Shown in pieces: positions 52,978 through 64,000 of a stretch of DNA of 64,000 nt. The DNA comes from Chrysomallon squamiferum (lineage: Eukaryota > Animalia > Mollusca). The stretch lies in contig CM022670.1 of assembly GCA_012295275.1 (NCBI GenBank), forward strand, positions 13,640,001-13,704,000, written 5' to 3'. Position numbers and translations under genes: made by a program. The notes beneath the pieces are model-generated. The model saw nothing but the letters and a program-made list of their open reading frames with translations. It was not told the origin of the DNA and searched no databases. Within the stretch, counting starts at the first letter, position 1, and the number at the start of each line of letters is the position of its first letter.

Positions 52978-55683
52978 TGTGTGTGTGTTAATTATGTTTT
53001 GATATTTTTACATTAATCTGCAATAGCTCAGTTTATAAATAATATATTGCAACAGCTCAGCTGTTTTGTTTTGTTTTCCATTTCATTCTGTGATATCTGG
53101 TGATACAGAAAAACATCTGCTGCTTTGGAGGAAAATCAGAGTAATATGTGAAATGCAAACTTGGATTGCTGACTATTGTAATTTTTTTGCATTTGACTTA
53201 TAAGGTATCAGTTATGCCATTCTAAAAGTTGCTTAATAAATAGAGGCTTCAGAAATCTCATATAATATCCAAAATATATTATTATTTTTGGTACATTTTG
53301 TTTTTCAAACCATATATGTTTTATTATTATTATACTCAGGATTATTACCTACATATTTTATATCAGATTTTAATGGTTTTTGTTGTTGTTGTTGTTGTCA
53401 TTTTTCTTTGATATTGCATACTAATTTGTATTTGATTATTTGGGAACCTTTATTAGTGGATAAATGCCATATACATAGTAATTTTGGCATTAGTCATTAA
53501 AAACATCTTTTAAAATTTGTTTTAGATATTTTTATATTTATGATTTAACTTAAGTTTCCAAAATAACTGGAATACCTTTAATTATTATTGTGAAATTGAT
53601 TTTCTTGAAAAGTTAAATAAAAATTATATTAATTATAATATATTGCTCTTAAATACTCCACTGATTAATTAAGCCTCTTTTGCCCAACCAGAATCCCAAA
53701 CAGTATTTTAAAACTCTGTTTTTAATTTTATATTGTCTGTTACCATTTTGCAGGCTGCTACCATTATCAACTACATTTCCCTTTTTTTCCTGTTTAATGT
53801 CTGGAATATGATGATAATTAACATTTGGAATTTCTGGAAAATTATTATGAGAAAATAATTTTGGCAGCAGTTCAGCATTGAACTTTGATATAGTGTAATA
53901 TCAATTTTTGGATATGTGATTATTCAAAATATTTTTTAAATATATATAATTGTGGAAATGTTTCATGTTTAAATTATGAGTAAATTAAATACTGTAATTT
54001 AAATAGTTAATTCTATTTATTAGTTTTAGGAGAATTATATTTTTATTATTTTAATTTGCTAGAAATATATATATATTTTATATTTTTTATATTTTTTTTT
54101 TTGGTCTATTATATTTATTTTGCATTTTATATCAAAATTGCTTCATTTTGACTATACTGGAATGTGAATTTGTTTTATTTAGTATTATGATTATTTTATT
54201 TTGTATCGGAATTGATTCATTTTCAGTATATTGTATTTTGTATAGTAATATTTTTTTATTTTTTTATTTTTTTGCTATAATGTATTGTTATTTCATTTTA
54301 CTGTTTTATGTATTAGTATTTTGTTTGTGTGTTCTTTTCTGTTGACTATTTCAAAACTACAAACATTTATATTTAATATCTATTTTAATTTTACATGTTT
54401 TTATGCACATCAATGTTCATTAAGTCCAAAATTTACAATTCATATATTTTTATTATAATAATGTGTCTTTGTATATATTTCCATATTTATGCACAAGTAC
54501 AATTCTTTGTTAAAAAATTACAGAGTAATAAAGTTTTTTGTTACTAATCCTTATAGTAACATTTTTATTTTTTTACCTCATTCTAAATACTTGTTAACTG
54601 AATACTGAGCACTTACATATATATTGTGTATTTTAGTAGCATGAAAAATATTTACATAGCTCCAAATATCAGCAGTTCTTTTCTATGTTTAATTACATTT
54701 TTAATTCTGATCTTTTTAATTGTATCTTAACACTATTGTCTTTTATGCAATAGCTTCATTATAACAGATTAATAATGCCCTCTCATTGTCATTCATTTGT
54801 AAATAGTTAGTTTTAACTATGATCTATTATTTGTAGGTGATAATTTTGATATCCTTTATAGAAAACAGATTTTGTTTTATTTGCCCCAAGATGTTTGTAA
54901 TAGCTACCATGCTGGTCTCATGAAGTGATGAACTGCACTTCAATGAAGACTTATTCTTCTGGTCTGATACTGCTGAAAGATCAAATATTGGCAGTTAATA
55001 ACACACCACTCTTATAATCTTCTGAATGGAAACATTTTTTTTATTACAGTGTAATGTCTACTTATCACACACTTTTATAATAACATTTACAACAATATTT
55101 TTAACTGGTTTTAAGGTTTAAGGATCCATAATGTAAGATCTAAATTAATTTTTTCTTTAATGTACTGGGGTGTGACATTTTATGTAATTACTGTAAGGTA
55201 ACAAGTATGTATAAACCAAACAAACAACATTTGGTTGATGAAGTAGTTTCATTTTGTTTGGTGTTTATTTGGTCATAACATTGTGAGAAACCCTTTGCAC
55301 TCGTATAAAAAGGTATGTTAATAAATTGTTATTAATTAGGTCAGTTTTCATGGATTTTTATATTATTTGATGATTTTGTCAGTAAACCTATGTGACTGGT
55401 TGATGTGACTTTGTTTTCTATTTTATATATAAATTTACTATTCTAGTATATGTAATATTTTTAATAAAACAAAATTTAATTAAAAAATATAAATGTTACG
55501 GTATTTCAGTTTCCCATAAATAATAATAATAACAAAAAATGCATGATTCGTATTTTATTCAAGCCTAAATTTATTTATCTATTGTTTTTGTCTTCTTTTT
55601 TTTTTTTTTTTTTCAAAAGTGGAATAATCCTGTCCTGTACATTCAAGACTATCTTTGAAATTATTCTTCCCTAGTAAACTATA

Positions 55684-55871
55684 AAGTTTTAACAGATGGA
55701 CGTTCTGTATTATTACGTTATAAGAATACGTTATTTTGACGCAGCTGAAACCAAACGTACTTTTAACGTAATTACATGAAGTTTTAACAGATGGACGTTC
55801 TGTATTATTACGTTATAAGAATACGTTATTTTGACGCAGCTGAAACCAAACGAACTTTTAACGTAATTACA
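55684..55871. repeat. 95-bp direct tandem duplication in the intergenic region
   Basis: AAGTTTTAACAGATGGACGTTCTG...TTTTAACGTAATTACA at 55684 and 55779, near-identical. Confidence 0.92.
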
Positions 55872-56252
55872 GGACGTACACGGGTTATGAACCTTCAGAA
55901 TAACCAGTCTACTTCCATAATGTGTAATCTTATTATAAATTCTAATTATTTCTGACTGATACGAACCAATGGCACATCAAGATACTGAGCGTTTTCCATC
56001 TATTGTTCTATGTTTAAGACGCGTTTCTTTACTGTTTTTTTATACACACATACATACACGCACACACAAATTTACACACACATAGAGGCGCGTTCGCTCA
56101 CTTTCGTTCTCTCTTTTATAAATAGTGTGGTTTTAGAATGATTGTCTGCAAAAGTAATTACCTTTGTCATAAAAGCCCCATCAAACAAGCCTCTTGTTTT
56201 GGAATCATTACTGTCATTTAGTGTCTGAATTTATAAAGATCAGGAAAATTCA

Positions 56253-56367
56253 TCACGTGATCAGAAATACATCCGTGCCACCAGTTATAAGACGAGACAT
56301 TTATATTATATATAACTATTTATTTAATTAATAAATCACATTATTTCACGTGACTTGACCTATAAAT
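56253..56367 (+). promoter_or_regulatory. Candidate promoter elements upstream of HLTF (two TCACGTGA E-boxes, TATAAA)
   Basis: TCACGTGA at 56253-56260 and 56346-56353 and TATAAA at 56361, in a region with visibly more CpG than the surrounding introns. Confidence 0.3.
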
Positions 56368-57619
56368 GGTTATCACTCATTAAGAAACGGCAACTTGTTC
56401 GTCAGAAATAAACTTCGACAGTAATTTTCGCTCCTGCTAATCAAGTAGATGGAAATGTGTTGTGAAGGAAATTACGAGCAACGAAGGTGTATTATGAGAC
56501 TTACCTTGAACATAAATGAAGCAATACAAGTGGCATTAATAATTATTTCATTTATTTAGTATTATTATATACTATTTTTAGCTCCAAATGTTAATAAATA
56601 TTGATATATATATATATACTGTGTATACTGTGTATGTGTGTTCAAGAAAGCTGATGTTAATTATTCTGATCGCTGTATTGCTAATTAAGCCAGGTTGAGT
56701 TTGACTATGACATTGACTTGTTTTTAGCTGACATTTCTGTTTTTTCAAATGAATAATTGCATGTGTTGTAATAAAACCTTTCATATGAGTGAAAAAAAAA
56801 GAAGGGTCATTATTAAGGAGATCAATAGAAAATAGCTTTTTGATGAGGACCTGATAGATTGGCACATCTGAAAGTTGTCAGATGTTAACATCAGATAGTC
56901 GCATGTGGAAACTGGATAATCCTCAAAAACTTGATAATACCCTTGAGAAATACAAATTCAGATACACCTAGGTTTATAAACATACTGCACTGTTAGAATA
57001 TGCTGGTGAAACGAACAGCATCTTGCCCTGAAGATGAATTCAGTCATTTGACACCTCTACCTAGACGGCACACTCAGTCGTAACATTTCGATGTACGGGT
57101 CATTTCAGTCTGAACAAAATGCTGTTTGCATTATTCAAATCGGATTAAAATTATGGATTTTATTGCATTTTAAAATACTGAGAGAAAAAGCATGGCCAAT
57201 TTTTTTAATTTCTGAAGAGCCATTTTTGGTGAGCTGCAAAATCAGACCTCAACATGGGATGAATTTGAAAAAAAAAAGCAGTGTGTGTACGTTAAATACT
57301 TCATATCTATGTATTTTGAAGGTTTTTAATTGTAAAATTGTGAAATATATGAGCTGCCAAAATCAGCATTTTCTCATCTGCGGCAATAACGTTGTTTGTA
57401 AGTTCTCCTAAATGTACTATTTACTAAAACATAAACGAATATATAATCAGTTTTACAATCAGTTTTGTTCATAGTCAGTATGTCATTTGGTGTTCCTAAT
57501 GTTCCTGCCCCAAACCCAAAATACTGAATAATTATGTAAAAATTAGTGATGGTAATAGCACTAGAAGTGGATATAAAGAGATCTGAACGTAAACATAAAA
57601 AAAAAAAAAAATAAAATAA

Positions 57620-57656
<37 letters not shown>

Positions 57657-58216
57657 GTAATAAGAGAAAACTGAAATATATCACTGTTGTGAATGCCATT
57701 GTTTTAATCATACATATGTTTAGTTTGGCAAAATATCACGACAATTTATAGTTAAAATGTTTTTTCTTTGTGCGTTTCAGCGCTGCCATTCACCACGGTT
57801 GTCTTATTATATATTTTTTACGATTACGTAAGAATGACCTTTCAACCTGTAAAGCTGAGCCTCGTTGTCGGGGTATTTTTCCGGGTTTATAAAAATTCAA
57901 ATAGTTTCGAGGAAGACCTGAAAAAAAGAAGATTTCGTTAATAATAGCGAAATGGTACTGTTTTTTACAAGTTAATCTCTGTCGTTGAGTTCATATTTAA
58001 CGTTATTTTAGATAGTATTACGAAATAATTCTTAAAGAAATAATAATTTTTTATTTTTTTTTATTTTAAAGTTACAGGTCAAATATTTAAGAATCTACTT
58101 TCACTTTCAATTTCATGAATTTTTATTTAGTTTTTATACTTGTCACTTTAAAATTCGCAATCTGCGATCTTATTCATACTTCAGTAAATAAAGCAGCAAC
58201 AACAAAATGTTGTATT

Positions 58217-58250
<34 letters not shown>

Positions 58251-58359
58251 AAAAGCGAAATGTTTTACAGGTAGTCAGATACAAACAGAAAGTTATTTTA
58301 CTTTAAGTTAATATATGTTATTAGTATACATAGAACTTAATTTATATTTGATTTTTGTT

Positions 58360-58538
58360 TTGAATTAATAATAATAGTGGTAGTAGTAGTAGTACTAATA
58401 ATAGTAGTAGTATTAATAATAATAATAATAATAATAGTAGTACTAGTAAGTAGTAGTAGTAGTAGTAGTAACGGTAATAGTGGTAGTAGTAGTAGTAGTA
58501 GTAGTAATAATGATAGTAGTAGTAGTAATAATAATAGT

Positions 58539-58573
<35 letters not shown>

Positions 58574-58575
58574 TT
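58360..58575. repeat. (AAT)n/(AGT)n trinucleotide microsatellite
   Basis: Directly visible; source of the poly-V/I/S/N ORFs. Confidence 0.9.
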
Positions 58576-58711
58576 ATATTTTATTTATTATACTGTATTT
58601 TGTTTGTAATTTTTAAAGTATTTATCTTCTTTTGTTATATTCCAAGTGTTTATGTATGTCTGAGTGGATGTGTGTGTATGTATGTAATGTGTGTATACAT
58701 ACATACATACA

Positions 58712-58742
<31 letters not shown>

Positions 58743-58794
58743 TTATTTATATGTATACATGTATACATGTATCTATTACTTTTTTATTTCACAG

Positions 58795-61700
58795 TTGAAA
58801 AAAGAAGAGTGAAATGCTCTGACATTGTTAATGAAAATGAGGAAAAAAGTGAATTAGTGAAAATGCAATCTAACGATGGAAAACCATGGAAACCTTATCT
58901 TAGTAAAAATGATGTTGAGTGGCTGGCTGAGCTCAGCCAAGCACAAAGTACATCAACAGTGGCGGAGATGCTGGACGATGGGGAAACACTGTTGTGTACA
59001 CTTTACAGTGAGATTGCTGGAATGCTGTATTTTAATGGCAAAGTAAGATAAAATGTTTTAAATTATTTAATTATTTATTGAATTTATTTATTTCTACACG
59101 ATTTATTTATATATGAAAGTATAATTGTATCTGTTATTTAGAAAAATTATACAGAAATAAACCAGTGGTAATGCTGGTAAATGTATTTATTTATTTACAA
59201 ATCGTAGTTTTACTTGTTACTGAACACCAGCCTTTGCTGATCATAAAATATAACAAAATGACAAGTATGCATCAAGGTCACTTTCACACACACACACACG
59301 CGCGCGCGGTCTGTGTGTTTAAGGGTGTTTAGTATCATACTTTATTATTGGCAAAGAATCATTAAGAGATAAAAAAAAATTAGATTCATACAGTTTAAAA
59401 CAGAGAAATAATTCAGATTCAGTTTACAGTTTAAATCAGAGAGATAATTCAGATTAAATTTGTTGATTAAACAAGATAAATCATTTGTGTTTGAATTTGT
59501 AGGTTGGTCACCTTGAAAAAGTAAATCTTCTAAGAGAACCCTGCAACTGTTTTGATCCCAATGCCATCATGGTGCTAAATAAAGATAGAATAAAAATGGG
59601 ATATATTGAGAAAACGAAGGCCAAGCCACTGGCTGGAATCATAGACCATCAGTTGGCTAGAATTGAAGCGTACGTAGAGTATGATAATATTTCCAGGCTG
59701 GATTTATTACTGCAAGATCTTAACAGACAGAAACTTTACTTTATTTATTTTAGGATTCCATTATTACTAATATAATTGTTTTGTTATTAATATTTGTAAC
59801 TGCTATAGCATTCATTTTGAGAAATTTAAGTGGACAATAAATATGGAAAAATTGTGGGATGTACTTAGAGAAGTATGACCTTTTTTATTTTAGGATTCCA
59901 TTGTTATTATTAATATTTGTAACTGCTATAGCATAATGGTAATTCATTTTGAGAAATTTAAATCTGAAAAAAAGAAAAAAAAGAAAGATAAAACTAATGT
60001 TTTAGTAAATTTATTATAGAATATGCTTTATGGAATTTCTGTATGTTTTTATTCTTTAAAACAGAAAAGGCCAGGTAGGAGACAGAGGTAGTCCTTATTA
60101 TCAAGTGTTGTAGTGAATTAGAATGTTTTACAAAAGTGTTGCACTTATCTTGTAAAGTTACTTGTCCTACAGCAAAATGTTCAGCCCTAAAAAATTAAAA
60201 GAGTTGTTTTGAGTAAAAATCAATGTATCTTACAGTGCATGACTGAAAACAAGGTTCATTAAGTCTAGGCAAATGTAAGACAACAACGACAACAAATAAA
60301 AAGAAAAAGAACACTGATAAAACTGTATGTAATAAATGGTTAGTTGCTCTGTTTTAATAATCATTTGGTTTAATTAACATACATAAATTATGAGAAGACA
60401 GTCAGATCACAATGTGAGCAGTGCTGGATCACAGCCAGTGAAATAACACAGCCCTCAGAATATAAGTATGTGTCTATTTTCAAAACTGTAGTCCTATAAA
60501 CAGTTAATTGAATCTATCTATTTATCTATCTATCTGTATCCACACACATCAGAACTGTTTTCATCAGAACTGTATTTTCATTTTTCAGTGTAGTTCAACA
60601 AGACGTTTTTACATTTGGGGTTAATCTAGAAATCTGGTGCAAGCAAAAAAACTGTCAATGTGTTTCATTTATTCTTCAAGATCTCTCATTTACAACAAAT
60701 AATGTATCAAAAGAGGTCTGTGTTTAATATATCTCTTTGTAAAGAATACACATAATAATAATATTAATAAGTAGAAGTAGAAAAATGGTAATGATGATGA
60801 TGATGATAATGCTAATAAAAGGAATAATAATAATTATAATAATAATAATAATGTTGATGATTATATAATAATAAAAACAGTCTCTCATATTTAATTTATG
60901 CAAAAATCATAATTGCATACTTGTACATAAATCAAATTTAATTTCCAGATACAGGTATAATTTCTTTTATTCATCTATTCAGGTGGACAGATTATTTGAA
61001 TCTTTACCTGAGGGTGACAAAACATCAATGGCAGAGGCAGCACCAGTCAGTATTGACTAAATTTTGTTTTACTTCATATTTAAACAATTGTTTCTTATAT
61101 ATTTTTTCTAAATATCAATATTAATTTTTAATTACTAATTAATTATATGTAAATACATTCTGACAAGTACGTATCATATTTTGGATGTGTGTGTGTGTGT
61201 GCATGCTTGTGTGTGTGTCACTTTTACCCTCACTTTGTACTTTTTTATTTGATCTTCAACTATATGTGTATATACATAGCTATAAATTAATAAAAATATG
61301 TTGAATGTCTTTAAATAAAAAAAATGTTCTTTGTCGTTTGTTCTTACACTTCCTATAATATAAATACTTTATTCATTCTTCCAAGTGATTAATTTGAAAT
61401 CTAATCTATTCTTTGCTAATAATAAAGGCTGACAATATCATGGCTTACTCAAGTAAATACTGAACTGATTACTGTTTTTCCTTGTTGTCCAGAAATAAAT
61501 AAAATAATTACAGAATTTCAAGATATATATATATATATATTTAAAATTTTGAAATTCAGTTTTTACTTTTCATTTGCTGTTACATGAATCCATGGCCAAA
61601 AATTTAGGTTTCATTCCTATCAAATTCTTCCATTTGTGAAGTTATTTCAGTTGTTAAAATGGCATCTAAAGTTTTCCATAATGGTGAAAGACACCAAGAC

Positions 61701-63930
61701 TAAATTTTACCCCATCATTTTGGTTACAAGATTTTGAAAGTATTGTGTTTATTTTGCAGGCTGTGAAAACAGCACTGTATCCTCATCAGAAACAAGCTTT
61801 GCACTGGATGATATCACGTGAAAATGATAACATCCTGCCACCATTTTGGGAAGAACAGATGAATGGGACTTACTACAACACAATGGATAAATCAACAGTC
61901 AAAAAAAGGCCCAAAAGCATCAAAGGAGGTAGATTAAAATATTCCTTAGTTAGTGCCCCCATAGATATATATGCATTTTAACAAGAAACAAAACAATCAC
62001 TCTGAAGAACACAAAATATATGGACATTATTTATTAGCACCATTACATAAACTGGTTACTTTAAATAAAGAGTGTAAAGTAAGAATATTGGATTCAATTT
62101 TAGGTCTTCTAGCTGATGACATGGGTTTAGGCAAGACAGTGACAATGATTACCTTGATTCTGACAAACTCTGCTGACAAAAAACCACTGGTGGAACTAAA
62201 CTCAAACTGTCAAATGCTGCCAGTTCAAATAAAAGAAGAAGTAAGTACAGAAGATTATTCCACATTAATTTGGAACCCAGTACTGGGGAGCCTGGGGACT
62301 GATAAGCCATTTTTAAGATATTGGCCATTTTGCCCAAACCTTGTTAGCTGTTGACTGAAAAACTGTTGATACTTAAGAAGGCATACTGTTCTTGATTACA
62401 ATATAGAGTCTGATAGGTTGTTTTCAACAATATCGTTGTGGGAGACACTTATGTAATTGGACTTCATATTCCCCATTGTCATCTTTTGGTTGTGAAATTA
62501 TACCTGTCTAGTGAACATTGCTCTTCATTAGCTCTGCTGAGAAGAGATCTCTGTCTGTCTTCCATTCTTTATTTCTATGCATTTTTTTTATATACCTGAT
62601 ACAGCACTCTGGTCTATCCAGAAGAACAGTACTACCAGTAATTAATTATCTATCAAATAACATTGATTTTATAGCTTTATATTCCTCGGAAATGCAGTGG
62701 GATCCAATGAGCCACCTACCCATGGGACCCCTTAAAAAATGGCTAATTTGTCCCCAAAACTACTTATTTTAGCCCAGTGTACCATATGTGTGATCGATTA
62801 AAACTGCATTTAAAAAATAACTAATAAAAAAATCAAACCTTTACAGGATCTATGAAATATGTATTATCACCTCAAAATTAAATTGTAATCAAAACACAAA
62901 ACAGTTACTCAAGATAATCAAAACCTACTTTTTGACTGATGTGTTCATGGATTGCTGCAAAGCTCTCTGAACAATATCGGGTGAGGGCGATATCTTATAG
63001 TAGCTGGATTGATGGTGGATATATGTCACTATCATTTTGCAATCAGAAGTTCATGGGGTGGCTCAAAGGTCCCTATAGCTCACAGGTCCCCAGTTTCCCT
63101 ACATAACAAAGGGAAATAGAAACAATAACATTTCCAAAAGAAATATTTGTTTTCTTTACTGCTGAACAGAAAAACTGCTAGCAAGTTCACAGAATTATTT
63201 TGCAGATAATTGGTTATAATGATAAAATTAAATGTACGTCTAGGATTTTAATCATTATGTGATGTAAACTCGCTTTTCTGAGTTGAGAGAAGTTTTTTAA
63301 AAAATGTGACAAGTTAACAGAGTATTGTACACTGCCCAGGAAGGATCATATACTGATACTGGCTGATGATAAATAATTTGTTTTCGTTAATGATAAATCC
63401 GGGGATATTTTAATCTCTACCTAACCATACAAAAGTGATTAAATATTCACTGGTAATTTGTTATTAAGAAAACTGTAAACTGTGATACAATATATCTCCT
63501 TTTGTTAACCTTATATAAATAAAACAGAAACAATGATGAGAATAAATAAATTTAGTTACCTTTACTAATAATAAAGTATCTTACATAGAAATAAAAAAAG
63601 TTTTACAGACAATTAGAAAAAGAACCACTAAAAGTCATTTATTCATTTTGTTTTGTATCTTATTTGTAAAGAAAATATCATCAGTCTATTGTTAGCACTC
63701 TGCTGTTCTTCTGTCTGTGTTAAGATGATATCATAAATCATTTTACAGTCAGTGTAAACATTACTTAATTTATTTTCAATTTAATTTTCAGAATCTTTTG
63801 GGTTTTGCTGAATATGGTGGTAACATGAAAATGGTTAATAATTTATCAGATGTTGACCCACATCCCTCAACAAGCAAGACACATGAAGATTGTGAAGTAA
63901 TTGTAATATCAGATTCTGATGAAGAAGAAG
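58795..63930 (+). CDS. HLTF: Helicase-like transcription factor (HLTF/SMARCA3, Rad5 family), 5' part: HIRAN domain plus SNF2 ATPase motif I; continues beyond the window
   Basis: Exons 58795-59042, 59503-59669, 60589-60715, 60983-61045, 61760-61928, 62104-62240, 63792-63930. HIRAN: IAGMLYFNG...VNLLREPCNCFDPNAIMV...MGYIEK. Then VDRLFESL, TALYPHQKQALHWMISREN...LPPFWE...YYNT and GGLLADDMGLGKTVTMITLILTN, all characteristic of HLTF. The start codon is uncertain (ATG|gt at 57952-57954, or ATG at about 58863). Confidence 0.9.
62281..63101. mobile_element. Possible degenerate non-autonomous DNA transposon (MITE-like) in an HLTF intron
   Basis: Left end GGGAGCCTGGGGACTGATAAGCCA versus reverse complement of the right end GGGAAACTGGGGACCTGTGAGCTA (imperfect TIR), with TA next to both ends. 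The interior is less AT-rich than the flanking introns and has no transposase ORF. Confidence 0.4.
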
Positions 63931-64000
63931 GTGGGTAGAATTTAGTTTTTTAGTAAAGTAAATGTTAAGTTAGAAATTAAAATTCAGTAATGTTATAAGT

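Noticed and set aside
52000-54900. Short ORFs downstream of the ROCO stop
   Set aside because: AT-rich low-complexity 3'UTR/intergenic sequence with no splice-consistent coding signal.
54920-55030. Possible C/D-box snoRNA (GTGATGA ... CTGA) or minus-strand exon
   Set aside because: Weak terminal stem, no recognisable rRNA guide, not intronic, and no convincing reading frame.
56800-57430. Possible transposon remnant upstream of HLTF
   Set aside because: The composition differs from the flanks, but I could not define termini, a target-site duplication or coding remnants.

Overview
AT-rich, microsatellite-dense eukaryotic (animal) genomic DNA. The composition resembles mollusc/cephalopod genomes, but that is inference only. 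Most ORF-track entries are repeat artefacts; the real coding content is spliced and lies on the + strand. By hand-splicing GT-AG exons I reconstruct one giant gene from ATG 546 to TAG 51859: about 81 coding exons, about 11.7 kb CDS, roughly 3,900 aa. It encodes an unusual double-ROCO protein. In order: Cys-containing LRRs; a degenerate pseudo-Roc GTPase with three SPRYD3-type SPRY domains inserted inside it; COR; a MYCBP2/Highwire-like Cys-rich motif; a fourth SPRY; an MSP/VAP-like domain; a Tudor/MBT-like barrel; an acidic linker; an unknown domain; LRRs with an inserted EF-hand; an intact Roc; COR; a degenerate TIR; a TIR retaining the catalytic Glu; a Cys/His C-terminal ROCO domain; and a CaaX-like end. 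Three or four single-base frameshifts, probably consensus errors, interrupt the reconstruction. A second + strand gene, HLTF-like (HIRAN plus SNF2 ATPase), starts at about 58 kb and runs off the window. All domain calls are motif recognition by eye, not database results.
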